The notes: generated by a model not told the origin, from the letters alone. A stretch of DNA of 17,791 bases from an uncultured Gemmatimonadales bacterium (GCA_963825055.1 CAWGSK010000014.1:1-17791); one strand, 5' to 3'. Counted from the first letter of the stretch, positions 7,266 to 15,863 are shown. A program made the numbers and translations.

Positions 7266-8369
7266 ATGACGCCGAACACCACAGCGACCATCGCGGGCCC
7301 GCCCGGGGGCCGCCTCTCCCGCCTCGACCGGCTCCTGCCGCTCTGGATCCTGCTCGCCATGGCCGGTGGCCTGGGGCTGGGCCGCCTCTGGCCCGACCTC
7401 GGCGCCCTGCTCGACCGGGTCCAGGTGGCCGGTGTCTCCGTGCCCATCGCGATCGGCCTCTTCTGGATGATGTACCCCGTGCTGGCCCGGGTCCGGTACG
7501 AGAGCGTCGGCGCCCACGCGCGCAACACGCGCCTGCTCGGCACTTCGCTCGCCCTCAACTGGATCATCGGGCCCCTGGTCATGTTCCTGCTCGCGTGGCT
7601 GTTCCTTCCGGACCTGCCCGCCTACCGCAACGGCGTGATCCTCATCGGCCTGGCCCGCTGCATCGCGATGGTGCTGATCTGGAACTCCCTCGCGCGCGGC
7701 TCGAACGAGCTCGCCGCCGTCCTGGTGGCGCTCAATTCCATCTTCCAGATCCTGACCTACTCGCTGCTCGGCTGGCTCTTCCTGAACGTCATCCCGGGCT
7801 GGTTCGGCTTCTCCGGCGCCACGCTCGACGTCTCGATGTGGGAGATCGCCCGGAGCGTCCTGCTTTTCCTCGGCCTGCCCCTCCTGGCGGGCTACCTCAC
7901 CCGGCGCCTCCTGGTGCGGCGGCGGGGAGAGGCATGGTATGAGAACGAGTTCATGCCGAAGTTCGGGCCCACGGCGCTGGTGGGCCTGCTGTACACGATC
8001 GTCCTGATGTTCGCCATGCAGGGCGACCGGATCCTCGAGCTTCCGCTCGACGTGCTGAGGATTGCCGCGCCACTGGCCGTGTATTTCCTGGTGATGTTCG
8101 GGCTGGCCCTGGTGCTCTCGAAGCGACTGGGCTTCGACTACGCGACCAGTGCCTCCGTGGCCTTCACCGCGGCAGGAAACAACTTCGAACTGGCCATCGC
8201 AGTGGCGATCGGTACGTTCGGCCTGGCCTCGGGCGAGGCACTGGCGGCGGTCGTAGGGCCGCTGATCGAGGTCCCGATGCTGGTGGGGCTGGTCTACGTC
8301 TCATTGTGGGCGCAGCGGTTCTTCACGGAGCCCGCCGACACGCCCCCTGCCCTCCCCGGAACGCCATAG
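7266..8369 (+). CDS. acr3: ACR3 family arsenite efflux transporter
   Basis: MMYPVL, NWIIGP, GLARCIAMV, GNNFELAIAVA, GPLIEVP motifs; many TM helices; start placed at ATG 7266 after GAGGA. Confidence 0.95.
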   Translation: MTPNTTATIAGPPGGRLSRLDRLLPLWILLAMAGGLGLGRLWPDLGALLDRVQVAGVSVPIAIGLFWMMYPVLARVRYESVGAHARNTRLLGTSLALNWIIGPLVMFLLAWLFLPDLPAYRNGVILIGLARCIAMVLIWNSLARGSNELAAVLVALNSIFQILTYSLLGWLFLNVIPGWFGFSGATLDVSMWEIARSVLLFLGLPLLAGYLTRRLLVRRRGEAWYENEFMPKFGPTALVGLLYTIVLMFAMQGDRILELPLDVLRIAAPLAVYFLVMFGLALVLSKRLGFDYATSASVAFTAAGNNFELAIAVAIGTFGLASGEALAAVVGPLIEVPMLVGLVYVSLWAQRFFTEPADTPPALPGTP

Positions 8370-8377
8370 CCGCCTGC

Positions 8378-10096
8378 TTACTTCTCACCTCCGACTTCCA
8401 GCCGCTGCAGCCACTGGACTGACGGCGCCAGCCCCGGCTGGATCGCCAGCGCCTGCCGGAAGGCCCGGATCGCGTCCTCCCGGCGCCCGGCCTTCACGTA
8501 GGCCTCACCCAGGCTGTCCCAGCCGTTCGCGTAATGCGGATGGACGCGCACGTTGAGTTCGAACACCGTCACCGCCTCGGCGGTCCGCGCTTCGCGCAGG
8601 AGCCCATAGGCCACGCCATTCAGTTCGGCTGATCCGTCGCGGAACCGGTTCTCCGGACGGGCATCGTACGCGCGCACGAGTTCCACCGCGCGGGTCGTGT
8701 CGCCACCGGCGAGAGACTGGAGCACGTCCTGCCCGAGTCGCCCCGGGGTCCACCCGAGGATCACCGCCAGCGCGGGATCGCGGTTGGCCGCATAATCGGC
8801 GAACGTCGGGACCGCAGCCAGCTGTGGCGTGGCCTGTTGCCGGGGGTCCCGGGGGTAGTCTCCCATCTGGTAGTAGTCGGGTGATACCATGACGCGGATT
8901 CCGCTGCCGGGTAACGTGAACGGCTCGTGCCCCGCATAGCCGTTGTAGAACGCGGACGTCGGCTCCCCCACCAGGATGGCGCTCGTAAACCGCTGCATCA
9001 TACCGGTCAGCATCTGTCCGGCGGAGAAGGTGCGCCGCCCGATGACGAGAAAGAGCCGGCCCGCCTCGTCCACTTCCCGCGTCCGGACAATTTCCCGGAC
9101 CACCGGCGGCAGCAGCCCACCCTCACCGCCGGAGTTGTTCCGGATATCGATGACGGTGCGGGCCGGCTTCCGCTCCCGGGCGAATTGGAGGGCCTCCCGG
9201 AAGGTCGCGAGCGCGGAAGAACCGGCCGGCCTGTTCTGTACCTGGTCCCACTTGATGTAGAGCAGGTCCCGGTCGGGCAGGTAAGTCCACCAGTAGATGT
9301 CGTCGTATCGCTGCTGATAGAGCGGCACCGGAGCCGGCGCCGCATCTCGAACGTCCACCCAGTCGGGAGTGAGCCGGGCAAGGAACGGCAACCCGAAGGC
9401 GGACGGCTGCGGATGTTCGAGCGGTGCCACCAGGCGCCGGATCGTGCGCCCATCCCTCGTCACGGTGAGCCGGGTGCCCGCCAGGCCGGGCGCGAGCCCC
9501 AGCGCGTGGAGCACCTCGATGCGGTTCAGCAGGTTCGGGGCGACGGCGGAAATCCAGTTGTCATTGTCCCGCGAGATGAGCGGAGTCACCCGCGCCACCG
9601 CCTCCGCCGCGGGCACGCCGCCAATCGACACCACGCGTCCCCCCACGAGGTCTGCCAGCTCCCGGTCGGCAGCCTCCACGTAGATCCCGTCCTCGTAGAT
9701 ACCAAGCCTGTAGGGAAGGATATGAAAGCCCACCCCCGGGCTGAAATAGAGGGGGAGGCTGGTATGGCCGTCACCCACCATCGCAACCAGCCGGGCGAAT
9801 CCCACTACGATTCGATGGGCGGGCAGGCTGGCGATGGAATCCGACAGGGCTGACACGGCACGGCCAAAGTCCTGGCGTGATGTGCGGTGGTAGGGATCGG
9901 GATGAATACGCTCGAGGCCGGTGACCAGGGCCTGAAGGTCGTCGCGCCACTGCTGGACTTCCGCCGCGGAAATGGCGGAGATCGAGTAGGTTCTCGGGGG
10001 CCGCCCGTCGGCCTCGTCCCCATGCTGCGCGGGCAGTGGGGCTGCGTGGGCGGCGAGTGCGAGACCGACCAGGACAGCGGCGCGCAGGAATGGCAT
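8378..10096 (-). CDS. secreted S41-type peptidase-like protein with C-terminal TPR
   Basis: Signal peptide; DGHT, IDIRNNSGG, TFSA, VGEPT motifs; TPR-like NGWDSLGEAY...AIRAFRQALAIQP. Confidence 0.8.
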   Translation of the reverse strand: MPFLRAAVLVGLALAAHAAPLPAQHGDEADGRPPRTYSISAISAAEVQQWRDDLQALVTGLERIHPDPYHRTSRQDFGRAVSALSDSIASLPAHRIVVGFARLVAMVGDGHTSLPLYFSPGVGFHILPYRLGIYEDGIYVEAADRELADLVGGRVVSIGGVPAAEAVARVTPLISRDNDNWISAVAPNLLNRIEVLHALGLAPGLAGTRLTVTRDGRTIRRLVAPLEHPQPSAFGLPFLARLTPDWVDVRDAAPAPVPLYQQRYDDIYWWTYLPDRDLLYIKWDQVQNRPAGSSALATFREALQFARERKPARTVIDIRNNSGGEGGLLPPVVREIVRTREVDEAGRLFLVIGRRTFSAGQMLTGMMQRFTSAILVGEPTSAFYNGYAGHEPFTLPGSGIRVMVSPDYYQMGDYPRDPRQQATPQLAAVPTFADYAANRDPALAVILGWTPGRLGQDVLQSLAGGDTTRAVELVRAYDARPENRFRDGSAELNGVAYGLLREARTAEAVTVFELNVRVHPHYANGWDSLGEAYVKAGRREDAIRAFRQALAIQPGLAPSVQWLQRLEVGGEK

Positions 10097-10119
10097 GGGG
10101 GAACCTCGGCGGCGGAGGG

Positions 10120-10138
10120 AAGTCGGTGATACCGACTT
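10120..10138. promoter_or_regulatory. perfect 8-3-8 inverted repeat, candidate operator
   Basis: AAGTCGGT-GAT-ACCGACTT in the divergent intergenic region. Confidence 0.45.
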
Positions 10139-10225
10139 GGATGGATTTCCGACCGCCAGGGTTGACGTCCAGTCGATGGGAAATCTGCTCCAGGGTCAGG
10201 CTCCTGTCAGAAACAGGTCAGGGAT

Positions 10226-10251
10226 GGAACCAGCCGCTCGGCGACCTCGTC
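10226..10251 (+). promoter_or_regulatory. candidate ECF sigma promoter
   Basis: GGAAC-17 nt-CGTC, 12 nt upstream of the GGAGG RBS (10264-10268). Confidence 0.45.
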
Positions 10252-10272
10252 TTTCGAACGCATGGAGGCATG

Positions 10273-11217
10273 ATGACGCAGTCCACATCCATCGCCGCCC
10301 TGCTCTGCCTGATATCGGTGTCGGTATCCGGGGCCCAGGTGGCCCCGATGCCGCTCACCGTCCCCTTCGAATATGACGGTCACATCTTCGTGCGCGCGGC
10401 GGTGAACGGCGTGCCGGCCCGGCTGGTGTACGACCCGATCTCCGGCGTCATCCTGGATCGCGATTTTGTCCGGCGGGAGGGTCTTGACCACGCATCGTGG
10501 CGGGACCTGGGCATGGGCGGACCCACCTGGGCGGGTGGCGCCGGGTCCGTCGAGCATGAGGTCACCTGGAGCCGGAATGCGGTGCTGCTGCTGGACACGC
10601 TGCGGATGGACCTGCCGCGCCCACCGGTGCTTCCGCTCGATTCCATGATGAGCGGATCCTTCCACCTCCGTCCCGACGGGCTTCTCGGGAGCGGGTTTCT
10701 CGGGCGCTGGAGTACCGCCTTCGATTTTGACCGGGGTGTTATGACCCTGGGCGAGGCCGGTGCCCCGGTCGCCGCTGATCGAGGGACGGTCCTGTCGCTG
10801 GAGATGCGCAACAACAGGCCCGTGGTGCAGGGACGGATGCGCCTGCCGGACGGCACGTGGCACCGGCTGGACCTGCTGGTGGACTTCGGGATGGCCGGCG
10901 GCGTTCGCCTGACCACCGCACTGGTGGATTCGCTGGACCTGGTTCACCGCCTCCAGACGACGGCGCTCGAGCACGCAGAGGCCGGACTGGGCGGTGCCCT
11001 GGAGAGCCGGGCCGGCGTTCTGCCGACGCTGGAGCTGGGCGGGCTGGCGTTGCACGACGTACGGGTCACACTCGCCCGGGAGCGCACAGGAGCGGATGCC
11101 CATCCCCCATGGAACGGGTTGATCGGCCTCGCGCTCCTCGCCAGGTACAACCTTGTATACGACCCGACGGCGGCCCGGCTGATCCTCCTCCCTCGCCGGG
11201 AAGCCGCCGCGCCCTGA
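10273..11217 (+). CDS. secreted tandem retropepsin/aspartyl-protease-like protein with degenerate active-site motifs
   Basis: Signal peptide; GHIFVRAAVNG..LVYDP...DGLLGSGFL and LLVDFG...NGLIGLALL..Y.LVYD lobes; start 10270 or 10273. Confidence 0.75.
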   Translation: MTQSTSIAALLCLISVSVSGAQVAPMPLTVPFEYDGHIFVRAAVNGVPARLVYDPISGVILDRDFVRREGLDHASWRDLGMGGPTWAGGAGSVEHEVTWSRNAVLLLDTLRMDLPRPPVLPLDSMMSGSFHLRPDGLLGSGFLGRWSTAFDFDRGVMTLGEAGAPVAADRGTVLSLEMRNNRPVVQGRMRLPDGTWHRLDLLVDFGMAGGVRLTTALVDSLDLVHRLQTTALEHAEAGLGGALESRAGVLPTLELGGLALHDVRVTLARERTGADAHPPWNGLIGLALLARYNLVYDPTAARLILLPRREAAAP

Positions 11218-11284
11218 CCGGCGGCGCGTGAAGGCGCCAGGCCGGCCACCAGTCACGCAGGCCCTGCCGCCATTCGACTATCCG

Positions 11285-11830
11285 CTACGCGCTGTCCGCC
11301 GTGCTCCTTCCCGCACGCACATCCGGTATCCCCTCCAGGAAAAACGCCGCCAGCTCCGCCCGTCCCTGAAGGCCGGACTTCTGGTACACCGCGACGGCGT
11401 GCTGGCGCGCGGTGCGCTCACTGCGTCGAGTGAGCCCCGCGATCTGCTTCAGGCCGTGCCCCTTGAGCAGCAGCAGCGCGACCCCGCGTTCGGCGGGAGT
11501 GAGCTGCCAGAGTTCGAATTGCTCATCGACCGCGCGGCCGAGTCCTTCCAGGGCCCGCTCCGCCCGTACGCGCCAGGCATCACGCTCGGCCTGGCGTTCC
11601 TCCAGGCTCCGGCGGAGCCGGCCTGCCGACTCCTCCGCCCTTCCCCACCCGCGCCAGAGCCATGCGGTGGTGACCAGGCCGGCGAGAACCAGGCCCACCT
11701 CATAGAGCACGTGGAGCGACAGCCAGGATTCCGGCTGGTCCAGGATGAGGTCGACCATGCCCCCGGCCGCGATGGCCAGGAGGAGGACGGTCAGTGGCAC
11801 CCTGACGTGGTTTGGAGCGGATTCAGCCAT
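11285..11830 (-). CDS. membrane-anchored LuxR-type HTH regulator
   Basis: Two N-terminal hydrophobic helices, charged helical linker, LTPAERGVALLLLKG..KQIA...SERTARQH...VYQK; GGAG before ATG 11830 (alternative start 11845). Confidence 0.85.
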   Translation of the reverse strand: MAESAPNHVRVPLTVLLLAIAAGGMVDLILDQPESWLSLHVLYEVGLVLAGLVTTAWLWRGWGRAEESAGRLRRSLEERQAERDAWRVRAERALEGLGRAVDEQFELWQLTPAERGVALLLLKGHGLKQIAGLTRRSERTARQHAVAVYQKSGLQGRAELAAFFLEGIPDVRAGRSTADSA

Positions 11831-11959
11831 TGATGACTCCGTCATCTGCCGGATATGCTACCAAAATACCCGGAAATCAGCGGAATCGCGTCGAATGTCG
11901 GATAGCATGGCCCGCCGGAAAGTGGCATCCTCTGCTCGAACCCCTTACCGGAGCCATAC

Positions 11960-12448
11960 ATGCTACCCGATCCGCTGCACCCGGCCGTCGTCCATTTTCC
12001 GATCGTCCTCATGTTCCTGCTGCCGCTTGCCGGACTGTTTGCCCTCTGGCGGATCCGACGTGGTGCTGATCCGCTCCGTGCGTGGGCGATTCCCCTGGTC
12101 ACGGCCGCCGCGCTCGCGGGAAGTGCCTGGCTCGCGGTCGAGACCGGTGAGTCACAGGGGGAAGCGGTGGAAGAAACCGTGGCGGAGGCACCGGTCGAAA
12201 GCCATGAAGAAGGGGCGGAGCTGTTCCTCACGCTGTCGGCCGGCCTGATGCTCCTGACCGGTGCCGGGCTGGTCAGGGGAAGGATCGGGTCGGTTGTCCG
12301 GATGACAGCCGTCGTCGGCGCCCTGGGCCTCGTCGCAGTCGGCGCCAGCGTCGGCCACTCCGGCGGCGAACTGGTGTATCGTTACGGCGCCGCGTCGGTG
12401 CATACGGCCGGGGCCGAGATGGTAAGGGGAGAGCGGGATGATGACTGA
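11960..12448 (+). CDS. DUF2231-type His-containing membrane protein
   Basis: LHPAVVHFPI, TG, SHEE, GHSGGELVY motifs; four TM segments; GGAG RBS. Confidence 0.82.
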   Translation: MLPDPLHPAVVHFPIVLMFLLPLAGLFALWRIRRGADPLRAWAIPLVTAAALAGSAWLAVETGESQGEAVEETVAEAPVESHEEGAELFLTLSAGLMLLTGAGLVRGRIGSVVRMTAVVGALGLVAVGASVGHSGGELVYRYGAASVHTAGAEMVRGERDDD

Positions 12449-12462
12449 GGGGAGCCAGTTCG

Positions 12463-12556
12463 GCAGCGAGTAGCGAATAGCGGACAGTGAAAAGCCCCCG
12501 GGAAGACCTCAGGTCACCGGGGGCTTGCTCGTGTGCCACTACTCGCTACTCACTGC
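12463..12556 (-). repeat. long imperfect palindrome with heptamer-periodic arms and inner terminator-like hairpin
   Basis: Arms 12463-12483 and 12536-12556 are 18/21 complementary; inner AAGCCCCCGG/CCGGGGGCTT (12492-12501/12517-12526) ends in TTTT on the minus strand. Confidence 0.75.
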
Positions 12557-12563
12557 AGTTCCA

Positions 12564-12637
<74 letters not shown>

Positions 12638-12653
12638 GGGCTTCGGGGACGGG

Positions 12654-12682
12654 ATTTTACCGCCTCACCCCCGGGGGCGCAA
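12654..12682 (-). promoter_or_regulatory. sigma70 promoter for tRNA-Ile
   Basis: TTGCGC-17 nt-TAAAAT followed by a GC-rich discriminator (CCCGTCC). Confidence 0.65.
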
Positions 12683-12697
12683 CCCTCGGGGGTGAGG
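12663..12697. terminator. strong GC hairpin after the acidic ORF (no U tract)
   Basis: CCTCACCCCCG (12663-12673) / CGGGGGTGAGG (12687-12697). Confidence 0.45.
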
Positions 12698-12711
12698 GCC
12701 TGGTCCGCGTG

Positions 12712-12981
12712 CTAGTGCCGGCGGCGGGGAGAATCGTCGTCGTCGTCATCGTCGTAGTCGCCGAGGCTGTAGTCCTCTTCCTCGTCGTCATCGAAATCAT
12801 CGTCGTCGTCGAAGTCGTCGTCCTCGTCGTCCAGGTCCTCGTCCTCCTCATCGTCCTCGAGGTCGATGCTGTCCTCCTCGATATCCTCGTCGTCATCAAA
12901 CTTGCGACGCAGCTCGAGGGCTTCCATCGACGCATCCCAGGCCGGCATGGTTTCCTCCAGAAGCAGTGTTGTGTCGGTCAT
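12712..12981 (-). CDS. hyperacidic small protein (89 aa)
   Basis: GAGGA 7 nt before ATG 12981; starts 16 nt after the typA stop; 49/89 residues D/E, mostly GAC/GAG codons. Confidence 0.75.
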   Translation of the reverse strand: MTDTTLLLEETMPAWDASMEALELRRKFDDDEDIEEDSIDLEDDEEDEDLDDEDDDFDDDDDFDDDEEEDYSLGDYDDDDDDDSPRRRH

Positions 12982-12997
12982 GCAGGGATCCTCACCA

Positions 12998-14839
12998 TCA
13001 TGATGCATCAGCCCGGGCGGCCCGGGCAGCGCGTTTACGGTCATGCACATCCAGCGCCCGCTTGCGCAGGCGGATGGACTGTGGCGTAATCTCGATCAGC
13101 TCGTCCTCCTCGATGTACTCCAGCGCGTACTCCAGGGTGATCTGGCGCGGCGGCTCGAGGATGACGTTTTCGTCGCTGGCCGTCGTGCGCATGTTCGTCA
13201 GTTTCTTTTCCTTCGTGACGTTCACGTCCAGGTCTCCCGGGCGGCTGCTCTCGCCCGCGATCATGCCCCCGTAGACGTGGTCCCCCGGGGCCACGAACAT
13301 CTGGGCCCGCTCCTGCAGGCCCCCGAGGGCGTACGCAACCGCCGAGCCCTCGCGGTCGGCCACCAGGACGCCGTTCTTGCGCCCCGCCAGGGACCCGGCC
13401 CACGGCCCGTAATCCAGGAACCGATGATGCATGATCCCGGTGCCGCGTGTGTCGGTCAGAAACTCCGACCGGTATCCGAAGAGCCCGCGCGCCGGGATGC
13501 GGAACATCATACGCACCATGCTCTGCCCGGGATTCTTCATCTCCAGCAGTTCCGAGCGGCGGGGGCCGAGCTTCTCGATCACCGTCCCGACGTGGTCCTC
13601 GGGAACGTCGATCATCAGCTCCTCGTACGGTTCCAGCCTCGTGCCGTCCGGACCCGTCCGGGTGATCACCCGCGGCCGGGAGACCTGGAACTCATAGCCC
13701 TCCCGGCGCATCGTTTCCATCAGAATCGAGAGGTGCAATTCCCCCCGACCGGACACGGTGTGCGTGTCGGGGGAGTCGGTCTCCTCCACCCGCAGGGCCA
13801 CGTTCCGCTCAAGCTCCTTGAAGAGACGCTCGCGAACCTGCCGGCTGGTGACGTACTTCCCCTCGCGTCCCGCGAATGGGCTGGTGTTGACCAGCACGTC
13901 CACCGAGATGGTCGGCTCCTCCACCGCGATCCCGGCCAGCCGCTCTGGTGTGTCCACGGCGGTCAGGGTCTTGCCGATCTCGATCTCTGCGATGCCCGAG
14001 ACCACCACGATGTCGCCGGCCACGGCTTCCTCGATATCCACCCGGGCCAGGCCCTCGAAGGTCGAAAGCTTGGTGATCCGCCCCTTCGGGACTGTGGCGT
14101 CCGTCACGAGCCCGGGCTCGCCGTACGGGAGCAGGGCCACCTGGTCGCCAACGTGCACCCGGCCCCGCTCGACCCGCCCGATGGCCATCCGGCCCAGGAA
14201 GGTGGAATAGTCGAGCGTCGAGACCAGCATCTGGAACGGGCCGTCCGGGTCGCCGGAGGGGCCCGGGATGTGGTCCAGGATGGTCTGAAACAGCGGTTCC
14301 AGTGTCGTGCCCGGTTCCTCCAGCTCGTGCGTGGCGGTGCCCGCCCGGCTCGAGGTGTACAGGAACGGCGCGTCGAGCTGGGCCGGGCTGGCCTCGAGCT
14401 CGATGAAGAGGTCCAGGACCTCGTCATGCACCCGGAGGGGCTCGGCGTCCGCCCGGTCGATCTTGTTGATCGCCACGATCGGCAGGAGGCCAAGTTCCAG
14501 CGCCTTCCGCGTGACGAACCGGGTCTGCGGCATCGGGCCTTCGGCGGCATCCACCAGGATCAGGACCCCGTCCACCATGCGGAGAATCCGCTCGACCTCA
14601 CCGCCGAAATCGGCGTGGCCGGGCGTATCCACGATGTTGATCTTGTGCCCGCCCCAGCGAATGGCAGTGTTCTTCGAGAGGATGGTGATCCCACGCTCCC
14701 GCTCGAGCGGGTTGGAGTCCATCACCCGCTCTTCCACGTGCTGGTTTGCGCGAAACGCGCCCGCCTGCCGCAGCATTTGATCCACCAGGGTGGTCTTGCC
14801 GTGGTCAACGTGCGCGATGATTGCCAGATTCCTGATCAC
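12998..14839 (-). CDS. typA: translational GTPase TypA/BipA
   Basis: IRNLAIIAHVDHGKTT, ERERGITI, DTPGHADFGGEVER, NKID, GRGELHL, KKLTNMR; GTG start at 14839. Confidence 0.98.
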   Translation of the reverse strand: MIRNLAIIAHVDHGKTTLVDQMLRQAGAFRANQHVEERVMDSNPLERERGITILSKNTAIRWGGHKINIVDTPGHADFGGEVERILRMVDGVLILVDAAEGPMPQTRFVTRKALELGLLPIVAINKIDRADAEPLRVHDEVLDLFIELEASPAQLDAPFLYTSSRAGTATHELEEPGTTLEPLFQTILDHIPGPSGDPDGPFQMLVSTLDYSTFLGRMAIGRVERGRVHVGDQVALLPYGEPGLVTDATVPKGRITKLSTFEGLARVDIEEAVAGDIVVVSGIAEIEIGKTLTAVDTPERLAGIAVEEPTISVDVLVNTSPFAGREGKYVTSRQVRERLFKELERNVALRVEETDSPDTHTVSGRGELHLSILMETMRREGYEFQVSRPRVITRTGPDGTRLEPYEELMIDVPEDHVGTVIEKLGPRRSELLEMKNPGQSMVRMMFRIPARGLFGYRSEFLTDTRGTGIMHHRFLDYGPWAGSLAGRKNGVLVADREGSAVAYALGGLQERAQMFVAPGDHVYGGMIAGESSRPGDLDVNVTKEKKLTNMRTTASDENVILEPPRQITLEYALEYIEEDELIEITPQSIRLRKRALDVHDRKRAARAARADAS

Positions 14840-14911
14840 AATGCCCTGCTTACCCTGAAAACTCGCCGCTGGACGCACCGGCATCCGCCGGGCGCCCACC
14901 TGCGGCGGCCA

Positions 14912-14940
14912 TATATAGTGCGGGGTATGGCAGGGGGCAA
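14912..14940 (-). promoter_or_regulatory. possible sigma70 promoter of typA
   Basis: TTGCCC-17 nt-TATATA in the only AT-rich patch of the gap. Confidence 0.45.
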
Positions 14941-14962
14941 GGTGGTCGGGGCCGCGGCCCGG

Positions 14963-15856
14963 TCACCCCCCGGCGGCGGCACAGGTATTGGTCACTTCCA
15001 CCTGCACCGTGACATGACAGATACCAAGGTCGAGCAGCCCCACCCGCAACTCCTCCAGGACGCCTGGATGACGCTCCAGGTCAGGCACAACGGCGTGCCC
15101 GCTCATGGCGACCATCCCGCTCCCCACTGTCCATACATGAACATCGTGCACCGCCGACACGCCGGGAACCTCGAGCATCCGCCCCCGGACCTCGGACATG
15201 TCCATCCCCCGCGGGACGGCCTCCAGGAGGACGTCCGTGCTCTCCCTCACCAGCCGCCACGCCCCCCGCAGGATCAGCAGCGACAGCAGGATAGAGACGA
15301 TCGGGTCCGCCGCCATCCACCCGGTCAAGGCAATGATCCCGGCCGCCCCCAGCGCTGAGACCGACCCCAGGGCGTCACTCATGACGTGCAGATAGACCCC
15401 GCGGGCGTTGAGGCTGCCCGAGCTGTGCCGGTGCAGGAGCCCCAGGGAGACGAGGTTGGCGACCAGGCCGATGGACGCGACCATGAGGAAGAGGCCGGTC
15501 CGGATGGGTGTGGGTTCGCTCAGGCGGCCGATGGCCTCCACCACCACCCACACCGCGATCCCGAACAGGGCGGCGCCGTTGATGAGGGCCGCCAGGATCT
15601 CCCAGCGGAGGTACCCGTAGGTCTTGTCGACGTCGGCGGGCCGCCGGGCCATGTACACGGAGAAAAGGGAAAGGGCGATGGCGCCAAGGTCGGTCAGCAT
15701 GTGACCCGCGTCGGCCAGGAGTGCGAGGGACCCGGCCAGCCAGCCGCCGATCGCCTCCACCAGGAATACCAGCCCGGTGATCCCGAGTACGAGCCACAGC
15801 CGCCGGGTATTCCCCGCCACGGGGGGAGTCACGCAGTCCTGCGGTATCGCTGCCAT
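14963..15856 (-). CDS. czcD: cation diffusion facilitator (CzcD/ZitB-like Zn/Co/Cd exporter)
   Basis: SLALLADAGHMLTD, TYGYLRWE, HVMSDALGS, HDVHVW, HVTVQVE; start placed at ATG 15856. Confidence 0.92.
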   Translation of the reverse strand: MAAIPQDCVTPPVAGNTRRLWLVLGITGLVFLVEAIGGWLAGSLALLADAGHMLTDLGAIALSLFSVYMARRPADVDKTYGYLRWEILAALINGAALFGIAVWVVVEAIGRLSEPTPIRTGLFLMVASIGLVANLVSLGLLHRHSSGSLNARGVYLHVMSDALGSVSALGAAGIIALTGWMAADPIVSILLSLLILRGAWRLVRESTDVLLEAVPRGMDMSEVRGRMLEVPGVSAVHDVHVWTVGSGMVAMSGHAVVPDLERHPGVLEELRVGLLDLGICHVTVQVEVTNTCAAAGG

Positions 15857-15863
15857 GCCCCGC

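Noticed and set aside
1196..8369. ArsR and Acr3 as an ars operon
   Set aside because: 5.7 kb apart with unrelated genes between; the ArsR lacks the alpha3 Cys motif and has its own operator at tolC.
1..12563. Genomic island integrated at tRNA-Ile
   Set aside because: No integrase, no duplicate of the tRNA 3' end noticed and no evident GC shift; cannot be excluded beyond the window.
12709..13089. Val-rich plus-strand ORF and GTC-type tandem repeats
   Set aside because: Reverse complement of the Asp/Glu codons of the acidic protein; not a CRISPR array or separate repeat.
13043..15358. 771-aa plus-strand ORF
   Set aside because: Antisense shadow of typA and the CDF gene; no recognisable domain; long open antisense frames are expected at high GC.
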